Shown one piece after another: positions 39,496 to 49,407 of a stretch of DNA of 58,918 nucleotides. The stretch is taken from the NCBI GenBank assembly GCA_013203045.1, contig JABMQN010000004.1, positions 1 through 58,918 of the forward strand. Reading direction: 5' to 3'. The position numbers were made by a program, and so were the translations under genes. The stretch is from Chloroflexota bacterium. GTDB taxonomy: Bacteria > Chloroflexota > Dehalococcoidia > SZUA-161 > SpSt-899. Position 1 is the stretch's first letter; each line of letters opens with the position of its first letter. Under the pieces are notes generated by a model. The model had not been told where the DNA came from. It was given only the letters and a program-made list of their open reading frames with translations, and did no database searches.

Positions 39496-41793
39496 TCAGG
39501 CAAGACGACCCAGTTTGTGTTTTCCCAACCAAGAGTCGACCCCGACGATCAGCGGTGGCAGCACGAACAGCGTGCTTATCAGCGCAAAGAGAACGTTGAT
39601 CATCGTCACAATGCCAAAATCCTGCAAAACGGTGAAGTCCATGGCAATCAAAAGAGCGCCAAATCCGCCCACAGTTGTGAAAGCAGAGACGTATAGAGCC
39701 CGCCCAATCTTTGTCATGGCAACCGTCATCGCAGATACTGGGCTTTCACCTTTGTCCCTCTCCTCGTAATATCGTGCCATCAGCATGATGGTGAATTCCA
39801 CTCCAATTCCTATAATCAGTGCGCCCAATGTAGCGGTGATAGGGGAGTATTTGATTCCCGAGAGGTACATTACGCCACTCGACCATCCGATGATGAGGCC
39901 TATGGGCAAAATAGCGATCAAAGCCCGAATGATCCTCAACCTGAAGAACAGAAACAGTCCCGCGAAAACGAAGCCAATACCAATGAGTGTCATCTCCACT
40001 CGACCTCCGGTCAGACCATCGACGAGTTTGTCCCGTACGACCGCGCTACTGGTGACGCTAATACTGGCACTGGCGGGAGCGTCTGCTGCGTACTCATTTA
40101 GTTGTTTTATAAGTTCCTGTATCTGGTTTGCTCCTAAATCACCAACGCTGATCACCACGTTCGCCGCGCTCCAGTCATCGGTGACCAGATTTCGTCTCAT
40201 TTGCGCTGGTAGCGACCCTACCATCTCTTTTGTCTCATCAGAATCAGACGGTATTTCACCCCCGCTCCGCTGCATCACCAGGTCAACAATACTGTTGGTG
40301 TCACTGACCACGTCTGATAGATCTTCATTGATGCGACCCTCAACTTCTACTATCCATGTGAGAATTTCTGAGTCAGTAACGTCGGTCGACTCAATAAGCA
40401 GGTTCGCCGTACTTCGCCCGCCGGAGACCTCTTCCAGAGTCTGGAGATTTTGTACAACAGACAGGTCGGGGGAAAGGAACTTCAGTGTGTCAGTTTCCGT
40501 CTTGATATGATCATCGGCAATCACGCCAATCACGCACAGAACCAGGGCGATGGGCAGAATGACGTATGGCTTCTTGATCACCCATGGTGCAAGGCTGTGG
40601 AGACCCCTCTCCACCAATCCAACATGATCACCTCTGGCCTTCTCTTTTCTGGTCGCTGCCACAATCTTCTTGCGGCGATCCCGCTGGTACAAGATAGCCA
40701 ACAGAAAGAACATGGACAACAGATATGAGGCTACCACTCCGATGATCAGCGTGCTTCCGAAATCCTGAATCATAGGAACCGGTGAAAAGAACAAGGCCGC
40801 AAAACCAAGACAGGTAGCAACTAGAGCGATGCCGATCGCCGGTCCAATGTGGGTGATCGAGTTTACGATCGCTCCTGCTATGCTTTCTCCCCTCCCGGTT
40901 TCTTCATCATAGCGGTTGTAGAACTGGATAGCGTAGTCAACACCGAGGCCGATAAGTATGGGGAAAGTGGCCATAGTAACCATGGTTATGGGAATGCTGA
41001 GCACCCCCATGATCCCAAATGTATAGACGATTCCCATCAGAACCATGCCAAGTGGCAACCATCGCCAAGCGAAGAAACCCCGGATACTGAACACCAGAGC
41101 CAGAATTATCAGCATTAAGACGATGGCCACAACGAGCATATTACGCATGGTGCTGGACATCATGTCTTCCATTTCAATATCAAGAACGGGTTGACCAGTG
41201 ATAACTGGTTCAACCCCAGTAAATCCAGCACTTGTTACCGCCTCTTCGATATCCTCAATCACGGCCCTTTTCTCGTCGGACGACATTCCCCCTTCTATGA
41301 CCACGAATATGAGAGCATGCTCACTATCTGGGAAAACCTGTGTAAACTCCTCCCTGATCGTACCCGTCTGCGAGTCGGTAGCAATATTCAGGAATGCTTG
41401 CGGGTTGTTTTGTAATACCGATGGGTCACCTTGTTGATCAACTGCCTGCTTTATGAGAGAGATGGGCCCCACTACAGAGATCACTTTTGAGTGTGCCCCC
41501 ATCTGGGTTTCCACGAAGTCCATTGCCTGGATATTCTCTGGTTGCAGAATTTGGGAAATATCATCCCCGCTTATCAGGACTGCGATCACATCACTGCTGA
41601 AGTGTTCATTGAACCGATCATAGTCTTTGTAGACTTGAGAGTCGGTCGATACAAATGTCTCAGTGCCGGTCTCCCTGTTCACCTGCATCACCCCGATGAC
41701 CGCCAGGGCTATCAGTGCTACGCTCACCCCGAGAATCACAGGCCTTTTGGTTTCAATGAAGCGTCCAATCTTTCGAAAGATTCTCGTTTGCAT
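39496..41793 (-). CDS. RND superfamily (HAE3/MMPL-like) transporter
   Basis: Duplicated architecture, IGLGVDYA / IGIGVEF and DFG motifs. Confidence 0.9.
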   Translation of the reverse strand: MQTRIFRKIGRFIETKRPVILGVSVALIALAVIGVMQVNRETGTETFVSTDSQVYKDYDRFNEHFSSDVIAVLISGDDISQILQPENIQAMDFVETQMGAHSKVISVVGPISLIKQAVDQQGDPSVLQNNPQAFLNIATDSQTGTIREEFTQVFPDSEHALIFVVIEGGMSSDEKRAVIEDIEEAVTSAGFTGVEPVITGQPVLDIEMEDMMSSTMRNMLVVAIVLMLIILALVFSIRGFFAWRWLPLGMVLMGIVYTFGIMGVLSIPITMVTMATFPILIGLGVDYAIQFYNRYDEETGRGESIAGAIVNSITHIGPAIGIALVATCLGFAALFFSPVPMIQDFGSTLIIGVVASYLLSMFFLLAILYQRDRRKKIVAATRKEKARGDHVGLVERGLHSLAPWVIKKPYVILPIALVLCVIGVIADDHIKTETDTLKFLSPDLSVVQNLQTLEEVSGGRSTANLLIESTDVTDSEILTWIVEVEGRINEDLSDVVSDTNSIVDLVMQRSGGEIPSDSDETKEMVGSLPAQMRRNLVTDDWSAANVVISVGDLGANQIQELIKQLNEYAADAPASASISVTSSAVVRDKLVDGLTGGRVEMTLIGIGFVFAGLFLFFRLRIIRALIAILPIGLIIGWSSGVMYLSGIKYSPITATLGALIIGIGVEFTIMLMARYYEERDKGESPVSAMTVAMTKIGRALYVSAFTTVGGFGALLIAMDFTVLQDFGIVTMINVLFALISTLFVLPPLIVGVDSWLGKHKLGRLA

Positions 41794-41803
41794 CGTTATC
41801 TCC

Positions 41804-42568
41804 TTACGTCCGTTTGTATTCTATCGCCTTTGTTGGACAGGCGGTCGCGCATTGATAACACAAGTAACATTCCTGTTTTGAGTGCATATCGAGAGCCTCG
41901 TTTGTAGGGCACGCAGCCACACATTTCGGCTTCTTGCAATTGATACAATCATCATTCTGCCTCATCTTGAAGCGGCTCTTGGTCGCGACTAATGATAACA
42001 CTGCACCATACGGACAGGCAAACCGGCAAAAAGGCCTGTACACAAAAATGGATGCCACCATGAAAGCGGTGAAGACCAAACCAAATGAAGCCGTCAGGCT
42101 CAGAAAATAGAAGTCCCGAAGACCAATCTCCTTGAGGAGCCCTATCGAGAACACGGTAGCCAGCACAACAAAAGCGATGAGGACGCCAAAATGAATGATT
42201 ATTGGAATTCGCCTGCTACTGATTCTCAGTTTCTTCACTGGTAATTTGTACAGCAATTCCTGCAGAGTGCCAATCGGACATATATAACCGCAGAATACCC
42301 TGCCGAATACAAAGGTGGCAACCACAAACATCAGCAGAACCAAAGCCATAACAGGCTGCGGAAACTGCTTGGAATTCCCCAGAAGAAGGGACTGGAACTG
42401 CCATGGCAACATGGGGGCCCATACCAGAAATCCCATCGCTGCCGACGTGGTTAGAAAAAAGTATCCGATTTTCTTGGAGAACCGGCCTTTTCGTGAGAGT
42501 AACACAATGACGATCAGAGCGATAACTGCGTAAATTAATCCGAACATTTCTTTGCCTTCGAATACCAT
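41804..42568 (-). CDS. Membrane 4Fe-4S binding protein (NapH/MauN-like)
   Basis: GRVFCGYICPIG and RPFCRFACPYG motifs, C-terminal ferredoxin Cys motifs. Confidence 0.85.
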   Translation of the reverse strand: MVFEGKEMFGLIYAVIALIVIVLLSRKGRFSKKIGYFFLTTSAAMGFLVWAPMLPWQFQSLLLGNSKQFPQPVMALVLLMFVVATFVFGRVFCGYICPIGTLQELLYKLPVKKLRISSRRIPIIIHFGVLIAFVVLATVFSIGLLKEIGLRDFYFLSLTASFGLVFTAFMVASIFVYRPFCRFACPYGAVLSLVATKSRFKMRQNDDCINCKKPKCVAACPTNEALDMHSKQECYLCYQCATACPTKAIEYKRT

Positions 42569-42617
42569 TTCAATTCTCCCTTTTCGATTTGTCTCTACCC
42601 TGTGGAGTTAGTTGATT

Positions 42618-43277
42618 TCACTGGCTCTGGTCTTTTCTGGACAGGAGTCCATTAAGCAATAGGTTGGTCACTTCCGTCACTATCTCATCGTTTGACGTGC
42701 TTTGGAATGGGCTCCTGTCACCTTCGATTTGGCGCAGGAGGCTGAATCCCAGGATCATGCCTACCAAACCCCTGGCGGCCACTTCTGGATTCGAGGAATG
42801 GAAAGCTCCCGAGGCAACTCCTGATTCCACCCGCTTCTCCAGCACCTTAAGCAGTGGTGTTAGAATATCTGCCATGTACTCATCGCGCAATTCTCGATTA
42901 CGCTGAATTTCATTGAACAGGAAAAAGAACCGACCTATGTTTTCGGCACCAGATGTCAAGCGGTTCTCCAGGAATGAGGACATGAACTCAGCATCATCCC
43001 ATTGCGGAGGGCGCGCTACCAGATCGACAAGAGGCCCGGTAATCAAATAGGTGCGTACTAGCGACAGGAGCAAATCGTGCTTGTTATCGAAATAGTTATA
43101 TATAGTGCCAACAGCCACTCCAGCTTCTTGAGAAATGTCTGGAATAGTGACAGCTCCGAAGCTTTTTCTTGAAAAAACAGTAAGTGCGGCATCCAATATC
43201 TGCCGCTTCCGCTGCTCTGTGATGCGTTCCTTCTTCTTTCTTCGTATCGTGGATTTTCTTTTTAAACTAGTCGTCAT
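42618..43277 (-). CDS. TetR/AcrR family regulator
   Basis: ILDAALTVF...AGVAVGTIYNYF HTH. ATG 43277 after GGAGG. Confidence 0.92.
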   Translation of the reverse strand: MTTSLKRKSTIRRKKKERITEQRKRQILDAALTVFSRKSFGAVTIPDISQEAGVAVGTIYNYFDNKHDLLLSLVRTYLITGPLVDLVARPPQWDDAEFMSSFLENRLTSGAENIGRFFFLFNEIQRNRELRDEYMADILTPLLKVLEKRVESGVASGAFHSSNPEVAARGLVGMILGFSLLRQIEGDRSPFQSTSNDEIVTEVTNLLLNGLLSRKDQSQ

Positions 43278-43292
43278 AACGCCTCCATTAGC

Positions 43293-43310
43293 TGAATGAA
43301 TTTTCATTCA
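43293..43310. promoter_or_regulatory. Probable TetR operator
   Basis: TGAATGAA-TT-TTCATTCA palindrome just upstream of the TetR RBS. Confidence 0.65.
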
Positions 43311-43413
43311 TTATATCTGCTTCTGTTAGCTACAGTACATGATCTGGATCATATACTGCAATCTGCAATGCCTCTTATTATTTTTTCATGTGTTAACGCT
43401 GGGAGGCAAAAGA

Positions 43414-43614
43414 ATGGATACACCTTGTCCGGGACAAGATTGCCGTTTTGAACGGCTCGAATTCTACGAGTGTCCCATGTGTGGGACAGATGCAATGATC
43501 TTCTCTGATGAAGATGGAGTCAAATGCTGTGAATGCGATAACTTCATCAAACCACAAGATGTTCGTAGCTGTATTAGCTGGTGTATTGCATCACGAGCCT
43601 GTGTGAAGAGGTGA
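43414..43614 (+). CDS. Small Cys-rich (Zn-ribbon-like) protein
   Basis: CPGQD..CPMCG..IFSDE..C..C..SC..WC....C. GGAGG RBS. Confidence 0.7.
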   Translation: MDTPCPGQDCRFERLEFYECPMCGTDAMIFSDEDGVKCCECDNFIKPQDVRSCISWCIASRACVKR

Positions 43615-43628
43615 ACACGACCGAAAAG

Positions 43629-43651
43629 TGCGGTCCATTAGACTGACCGCA
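43629..43651. terminator. Hairpin after the Cys-rich gene
   Basis: TGCGGTC..GACCGCA. Confidence 0.45.
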
Positions 43652-43760
43652 TTATACTTCTGAGGAACCCATTATGCAATGACGTCACAAATGGGCAGAT
43701 TTGCTACGGCAATTCCAAGTCACAAACCTCGAGACCAGTTTCTATAGCGGATTCGTCTCG

Positions 43761-43859
43761 TGATAATGGCGTTTTGTAAAGTCTGAGGCAGTCGAAGAAG
43801 GTGATGAAGGCAGTATACCGCTGCATCATCTCAAGGGATTCCCATCTCCCAAGGCCCTT
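43761..43859 (-). pseudogene. Tyrosine recombinase C-terminal remnant
   Basis: LGRWESLEMMQRYT resembles integrase box II (LG[H/W]...M..RY). No upstream domains present. Confidence 0.6.
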
Positions 43860-43891
43860 GAAATAACCGTACTTCCCACCGGGGGAGCAGG

Positions 43892-44003
43892 TCAGAGACT
43901 GGCTGATTCGCATATCTCCCTGGCTTTTTCTACCTTAGAATCGTCTATTCTGCGCAGCCCTTCAAGCGGATAGATCATCTCCACCCGGCTCATAGCTGGG
44001 AAC
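43892..44003 (-). pseudogene. 3' remnant of a second glycyl-radical activating enzyme
   Basis: IYPLEGLRRIDDSKVEKAREICESASL matches the C-terminus of 45922-46845 at 18/27 aa. The upstream PSYE lies in a shifted frame. Confidence 0.75.
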
Positions 44004-44082
44004 CGCGACTCCTTCTGATGCTGTGGATTCTGGGCGCTTACGTTCCATTCGTCTCTTGAAATGTACTCATTATCACCATAAC

Positions 44083-44111
44083 TTGACAATAGTATAAATA
44101 TTTAGTACAAT
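44083..44111 (+). promoter_or_regulatory. Sigma70-type promoter of the TA operon
   Basis: TTGACA-17 nt-TACAAT, followed by near-palindrome GATGGCTATAGTCATC. Confidence 0.6.
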
Positions 44112-44171
44112 GATGGCTATAGTCATCTTTATTATCTTAATATTAGTATAATGAGGTAAATATCCATCATT

Positions 44172-44507
44172 ATGAGTATATACGGTATGAGCGACAATGC
44201 CATTCTGCGCGAGATCGGCGATCGCTTAAAAAGCAAACGACTATCGCGAAACCTGTCTCAGCAAAGGCTGGCCGAAAACAGCGGACTGAACCGCACGACT
44301 GTGCGTGACATTGAGAAAGGAAACAACTCCAGTCTGCTAACGCTTATTCAATTACTGCGGGGGCTTCATTCACTGGAAGAATTCGATTCATTTCTGCCGG
44401 AGCCGGGGGTCAGCCCCCTACAGCTCGCTAAAATGAAAGGAAAACAACGTCGTCGAGCATCACCCCGAAAGGCAGCTAGGAAAGACGAAAGGGAGGCTGA
44501 TTGGTAA
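44172..44507 (+). CDS. XRE HTH antitoxin (HipB-like)
   Basis: LSQQRLAENSGLNRTTVRDIEKG and SPLQLAK..GKQRRRAS. Overlaps the toxin gene. Confidence 0.85.
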   Translation: MSIYGMSDNAILREIGDRLKSKRLSRNLSQQRLAENSGLNRTTVRDIEKGNNSSLLTLIQLLRGLHSLEEFDSFLPEPGVSPLQLAKMKGKQRRRASPRKAARKDEREADW

Positions 44508-45805
44508 CAACAGTCGATACGGCGTATGTCCGACTATGGGGCAAGTTGATGGGTGCAGTCTCATGGGACCCGGAAAAGCAACTGGGTACATTTGAGTATG
44601 ATCGAGATTTCCTCAAAATGGGTTTAGACCCATCACCTGTCCACATGCCTGTAGAGCAAGCCCGCATAGGCGAGCCCAGGTACGAATTCCGAACGCTCCC
44701 CCGGAAAACCTTCATGGGATTGCCGGGACTACTCGCGGATGCCCTGCCCGACAGGTTTGGTAACGCGGTGATTAATTCATGGCTTGCAGGACAGGGCCGC
44801 ACTGAAGATAGTTTCAGTCCGGTGGAACGGTTATGCTACATCGGCAAGCGTGCTATGGGCGCCATGGAGTTTTCTCCAGTTTTAAATCCATCAATTGACA
44901 GGTCAGTTCTAGTTGAGATTGAAGAACTGCTAATGCTTGCTCAGACGGTTATAAATGAACGTTCGGAGCTTAGAGCGAACCTGGAGCCAAAATCCTCTGA
45001 AGCCATGCTGAATATCATTCGCGTTGGCACCTCTGCAGGTGGGAACAGGCCCAAAGCGGTTATCGCGTTAAACGACGAAACAAAGGAAGTTCGCTCAGGC
45101 CAGGTGGAAGCCCCGGACGGATTCGACTACTGGGTGCTGAAGTTCGATGGAGTAAAGGACAACGCCCTCGGCGATCCCGCCGGATATGGCCGCATCGAAT
45201 ATGCATATTCAAAAATGGCTGTAAAGGCAGGCATTACTATGACCGAATGTCGCATCCTTGAGGAGAATGGGCGCGCGCATTTCATGACTAAACGGTTCGA
45301 CCGGCCCAGGGGCGGGGAAAAACTTCATATGCAGTCTCTATGCGCCATGGCACACTTTGATTTCAATGATTCGGGCGCTTACTCATATGAGCAAGCTTTC
45401 CAGGTCATACGGGAGCTTAGACTGAACTATGATGCTGTGGAGCAGCAGTTCCGGCGCATGGTATTCAATATTGTTGCCCGCAATCAAGACGATCACACGA
45501 AGAATATAGCCTTTCTCATGGACACAAACGGTCAATGGCGCCTTTCACCTGCCTTCGATGTGATTTACTCATTCAACCCTGAAGGCATGTGGACGAGCAA
45601 TCATCAAATGACGATTCGGGGTAAACGCGATGGCATTACCATGAAGGATTTGGCAGAGGTTGGCGCCGAACAGAGCATAAAACGAAGTGAGGCGATCATC
45701 GATGAAATCGTTGAAGTGGTAGCAAACTGGCCGGACTTTGCAAGGGAAGCGGGGGTTCAAGCCCGGCAAATCAAGTCGATCGGCGAAACCCATCGATCCG
45801 GTTGA
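44501..45805 (+). CDS. hipA: HipA-family kinase toxin
   Basis: DALPDRFG, SAGGNRPK, KRFDR, NQDDHTKN and LSPAFD motifs. Confidence 0.9.
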   Translation: MVTTVDTAYVRLWGKLMGAVSWDPEKQLGTFEYDRDFLKMGLDPSPVHMPVEQARIGEPRYEFRTLPRKTFMGLPGLLADALPDRFGNAVINSWLAGQGRTEDSFSPVERLCYIGKRAMGAMEFSPVLNPSIDRSVLVEIEELLMLAQTVINERSELRANLEPKSSEAMLNIIRVGTSAGGNRPKAVIALNDETKEVRSGQVEAPDGFDYWVLKFDGVKDNALGDPAGYGRIEYAYSKMAVKAGITMTECRILEENGRAHFMTKRFDRPRGGEKLHMQSLCAMAHFDFNDSGAYSYEQAFQVIRELRLNYDAVEQQFRRMVFNIVARNQDDHTKNIAFLMDTNGQWRLSPAFDVIYSFNPEGMWTSNHQMTIRGKRDGITMKDLAEVGAEQSIKRSEAIIDEIVEVVANWPDFAREAGVQARQIKSIGETHRSG

Positions 45806-45866
45806 GGCATGAAAAAATGCAGGGTTGGCTCGCGACTCACCGATAATTCCCATGATTGATTACACC

Positions 45867-45903
45867 AAAAAAGCCGCTGAAAGTTTCTTCCAGCGGCTTT
45901 TTT
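45867..45903. terminator. Bidirectional intrinsic terminator
   Basis: AAAAAAGCCGCTG..CAGCGGCTTTTTT between convergent genes. Confidence 0.8.
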
Positions 45904-45921
45904 CATGAGTTCTATTCTTTA

Positions 45922-46845
45922 CTATTTCCCAATGACAGCTTTCAAACCTGCACCTTCACAGATTTCCTTCAACTTTTCAACTTTGCTATCTTCCAGTCTC
46001 TCTAGCTGTTCTAGCGGATAGGTCCTGCCTAAACGCTCATAACTTGGAGTTCCCCATTCATGATAAGGTAGAAGGGAAACCTGTTCAGCGCCAATTCCCA
46101 CTCCAAATTCAGCTAACTGCTGAATGTTTTCCTCAGAATCATTGAACTGGGGAATCAGTGGAACTCTTATCCACAGTCTCTTTTTGGCAGCAGCTTTGCG
46201 AGCGTTTTCCAAGATCAAAGCGTTGCTTTGCCCTGTTCCAGTGATATGTCTACCTGCATCCATATGCTTGATATCAAACAAAACCAGATCAGCATATTCG
46301 AGCACACTTTCCATCACTTCCCATTTGGCAAACCCGCAGGTATCCAACGCAGCATGAAGACTTTTGTCTTTGAGTGCCTTAAATAGCTCTCGCGTGAAAG
46401 TGGGCTGGCTCAACGGCTCACCACCAGATACAGTGACGCCACCACCGGAATTTTTGTAGAACGGTTCGTCACTCATAACCTCTTTCACTACTTCATCGAC
46501 TGTCATGTATTCGCCGGCAATTACAATCGACCCGCTGGGGCACACTTCTCCACACTTCAGGCAAAGATCACACTTATCGCGATGAATTACACGACCCTGC
46601 AACGGATCAGCCGTGATTGCTTCAACCGGGCAAACTTCTACACATTTATCACAAGCAATGCATTTCTGGTCATAGGTCATGATCTCAGGATGAGGTTGTT
46701 GTGATTCGGGGGTGCTGCACCACTGACAAAGTAAAGGACACCCCTTCAAAAAGACGGTGTCCCTTATCCCAGGTCCATCATGGACCGTAAATCGTTGAAT
46801 CCTTAGTATGAGCCCTTTTGGCTCTTTTTCCTCTGCTTGCGCCAA
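45922..46845 (-). CDS. Glycyl-radical enzyme activating protein (with ferredoxin insert)
   Basis: HDGPGIR, KGCPLLCQWC, two CxxCxxCxxxC, SGGEP and LLPYH motifs. Confidence 0.94.
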   Translation of the reverse strand: MAQAEEKEPKGLILRIQRFTVHDGPGIRDTVFLKGCPLLCQWCSTPESQQPHPEIMTYDQKCIACDKCVEVCPVEAITADPLQGRVIHRDKCDLCLKCGEVCPSGSIVIAGEYMTVDEVVKEVMSDEPFYKNSGGGVTVSGGEPLSQPTFTRELFKALKDKSLHAALDTCGFAKWEVMESVLEYADLVLFDIKHMDAGRHITGTGQSNALILENARKAAAKKRLWIRVPLIPQFNDSEENIQQLAEFGVGIGAEQVSLLPYHEWGTPSYERLGRTYPLEQLERLEDSKVEKLKEICEGAGLKAVIGK

Positions 46846-46849
46846 TCAA

Positions 46850-49261
46850 CTACCCCACAAAGGCTTGTTCGGTTCGATCGATTATATCATCCTGCAGGGT
46901 TTCAGTCAGGTCCACAAAATAGGCCGCATAGCCGGATACTCTGACAATCAGGTCTTCGTGCTCCTCCGGTTCAACCTGAGCTTCCTTAAGCTCCTCAGGA
47001 ACCACAATATTGAACTGAATGTGATGTATTCCCAAATCAGACCAGGTCTTCAGATAATCCGCGAACATCTCGCGGTAATCCCCCTGGAGCATTTGAGGGG
47101 AGAACCTCTGATTGAGCAGGTGATTGTGTGATTTTAACGGATCAATCTTACCAATAGACTTCAACACGGCGGTCGGACCTTTGACATCTCGTCCCTGAGA
47201 TGGTGAGATGTTTCCGTCAGGCAGCGGCTCTTTGGCAAAGCGGCCATCAGGAGTGGCGCCGCAACCGGCGCCGGTGAAGTATCCCATCGATGCCGAGGTT
47301 CCATCTATTTCATACCCTTCCCCGTAGAAGGAAAGGTATTTCTTCGATTCTCTGGCTATTCCGTAGAAAACTACCTGGGCCAGTTTATCCACATAATCGT
47401 CATCGTTGCCGAATTTGGGAGCGGCCAGCATCATCTGGCGGATATCCTCTTTGCCTTCAAAGTTGGTATCCAGAGTTTCACGAAGTTGGGCCATAGTGAT
47501 TTTCTTCTCATCAAAAACCAGCTTTTTAATGGCTGCCAGCGAATCGGCTGTGGTCACACCGCCAATCATCAGGAGCCAGGTGCGAGGATAATACTGCCAC
47601 TTGCGGCAATCCAGTGCCACATCGATCGAATCATCCAGCATGATGGTGGTAAACGGTCGGGGTAGCAATTCTGCGTAAACCATGTCACCGGCATTGCCCA
47701 GAGCGGTGTTCTTCTCGACGAAGAAGTTGAACTGGACGAAAAAGGCGTCAATCACGTCGTCGATGGATTCAAATGTATTCGGGTCAGGTGTGCGCGCTCC
47801 CAGTTGCTTACCACTCATGTTATCGATGCCCTGGTTGATGGCCAAATCGAGACACTTGGGTAATGAGAAGTGCCCATTTGACTGGCGGTTGACAATGTTC
47901 TTGCCCGGAATCTGCCAAGACATGCAGTTGTTGATAGCATAGCTTCGAGCATCTTCAATGGAGAAGCCCCGCTGCAGATAATAAGGGATCAGCACTTTAT
48001 CGTTGAAAAAGGCCGGCTGTGCCACGCCTGTTGACTGACAGTCGATCGCTTTTAGTATCAGGTCCCTGGGAGTTTTGTCATTATATCGGAAGCAAAGGGG
48101 CGGCTGTACTGATTGTAATTCCATCGTTGCTTCAAGAATGAGATGTGAAAGCTCATTGGACGCATCGTTGCCATCCTCATCGCAACCGGCCAGAGTGATG
48201 TTCTGCCATGCCAGTCCACCGCCGCCGGCGCTCATCATCACCGGTGGGTGAACATATCCCATCTCTTCGAATTTGATCCACAGCATCTCGATCAGGTTCA
48301 GTGCCTCTTCTCTGGTAATTCGGCCTTCTTCGATATCCTTTTTGTACCAGGGGTAACAGACATAGTCCAGCCTGAAGCCGGAACCCACAGCCGGCATCTC
48401 CAGGAAATCGACAATTATATGGACAATGAAGAAACTTTGCAAGCAATCATGGAACGTCTCACAAGGATTCTCCGGCACTCGTTCACAAATGCCAGCAATT
48501 TTCTCCAAATTATCCTTTTTCTCCGGATCAATCTCAGCTGCTGCTTTCTCACGAGCCAGAGCTGCATAGCGCTTGGAAAACGCAATCGCTGCTTCTACCG
48601 TGATGATTGCCGCTTCCAAAAATCGCTTCATTTCGCCATATTCCTGAGTAGAAAGGCTCTTATCCTCACCGATCTCCCTCAGCCGAGCTTCGCAGTCATT
48701 TACGATCGCCCTTAAACCCGTCTTGAAAATGCGCTCATAAGCCGGCAGAGTAGAATCCCACTGATACGACCAGAAGAAAACGCCATTGTACTTGGAATAG
48801 GCTTTGACGCTATCCGGTACAAGTTCCCGTTCCTTACCATGGGCACACTTATCCTGCCAGTACTTATTAATTTCGAATAGTTCCTCTCGGCCCTCGTCAT
48901 CGATCATATGTTTGTATTCGTCCTGAACGGCCTTGCCGAGCCACCGGACAAACATCTCCGGATAGGTCGGAACCGAAGCGTTATCACAGGCGATATTACC
49001 CACAATCTGCTCCTGATCCTGTATGAAGACGGTCATGTTTTCCAGGATATTCTTGAGTGCCAATGCCCTTCGCATTACCATGGGCATACCTTCGGTCTGC
49101 TTATAGGACTCAGTCACCAGACGTGCCCTCTCAAGGCACAACCTCACGTTTGCCCGGTATCCGGCGCTATCGTCTATTCGTTCAAAACCACGGTATAGAC
49201 CTTTTATAGCTTTGATTACCTTCTCATCCTTACGCACTTGAACTGCAGCATTCATATTCAC
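46850..49261 (-). CDS. Glycyl radical enzyme of unknown specificity
   Basis: PKFGND, ATPDGR and HHIQFN motifs, Gly loop RVSGY, Cys loop NNCMS. Confidence 0.93.
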   Translation of the reverse strand: MNMNAAVQVRKDEKVIKAIKGLYRGFERIDDSAGYRANVRLCLERARLVTESYKQTEGMPMVMRRALALKNILENMTVFIQDQEQIVGNIACDNASVPTYPEMFVRWLGKAVQDEYKHMIDDEGREELFEINKYWQDKCAHGKERELVPDSVKAYSKYNGVFFWSYQWDSTLPAYERIFKTGLRAIVNDCEARLREIGEDKSLSTQEYGEMKRFLEAAIITVEAAIAFSKRYAALAREKAAAEIDPEKKDNLEKIAGICERVPENPCETFHDCLQSFFIVHIIVDFLEMPAVGSGFRLDYVCYPWYKKDIEEGRITREEALNLIEMLWIKFEEMGYVHPPVMMSAGGGGLAWQNITLAGCDEDGNDASNELSHLILEATMELQSVQPPLCFRYNDKTPRDLILKAIDCQSTGVAQPAFFNDKVLIPYYLQRGFSIEDARSYAINNCMSWQIPGKNIVNRQSNGHFSLPKCLDLAINQGIDNMSGKQLGARTPDPNTFESIDDVIDAFFVQFNFFVEKNTALGNAGDMVYAELLPRPFTTIMLDDSIDVALDCRKWQYYPRTWLLMIGGVTTADSLAAIKKLVFDEKKITMAQLRETLDTNFEGKEDIRQMMLAAPKFGNDDDYVDKLAQVVFYGIARESKKYLSFYGEGYEIDGTSASMGYFTGAGCGATPDGRFAKEPLPDGNISPSQGRDVKGPTAVLKSIGKIDPLKSHNHLLNQRFSPQMLQGDYREMFADYLKTWSDLGIHHIQFNIVVPEELKEAQVEPEEHEDLIVRVSGYAAYFVDLTETLQDDIIDRTEQAFVG

Positions 49262-49407
49262 ACCTCCTGAGATGAATTAGTTACAATATATAGATTAATT
49301 TTAGCACAACCGCAAAAAGCTTTCACGCTGTCAATCGCAATACCATAATTTAACGGGAGTGCCTGTATTCTGTATGTGATTTGAGTCACTTTTTTAGCGC
49401 AGCATCT

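Noticed and set aside
40449-41907. Plus-strand ORFs over the RND gene
   Set aside because: Antisense shadows with no motifs.
46850-49261. Calling the GRE pyruvate formate-lyase or bssA
   Set aside because: It lacks the PFL Cys-Cys pair and the adjacent BssB/C subunits, so no gene symbol is assigned.
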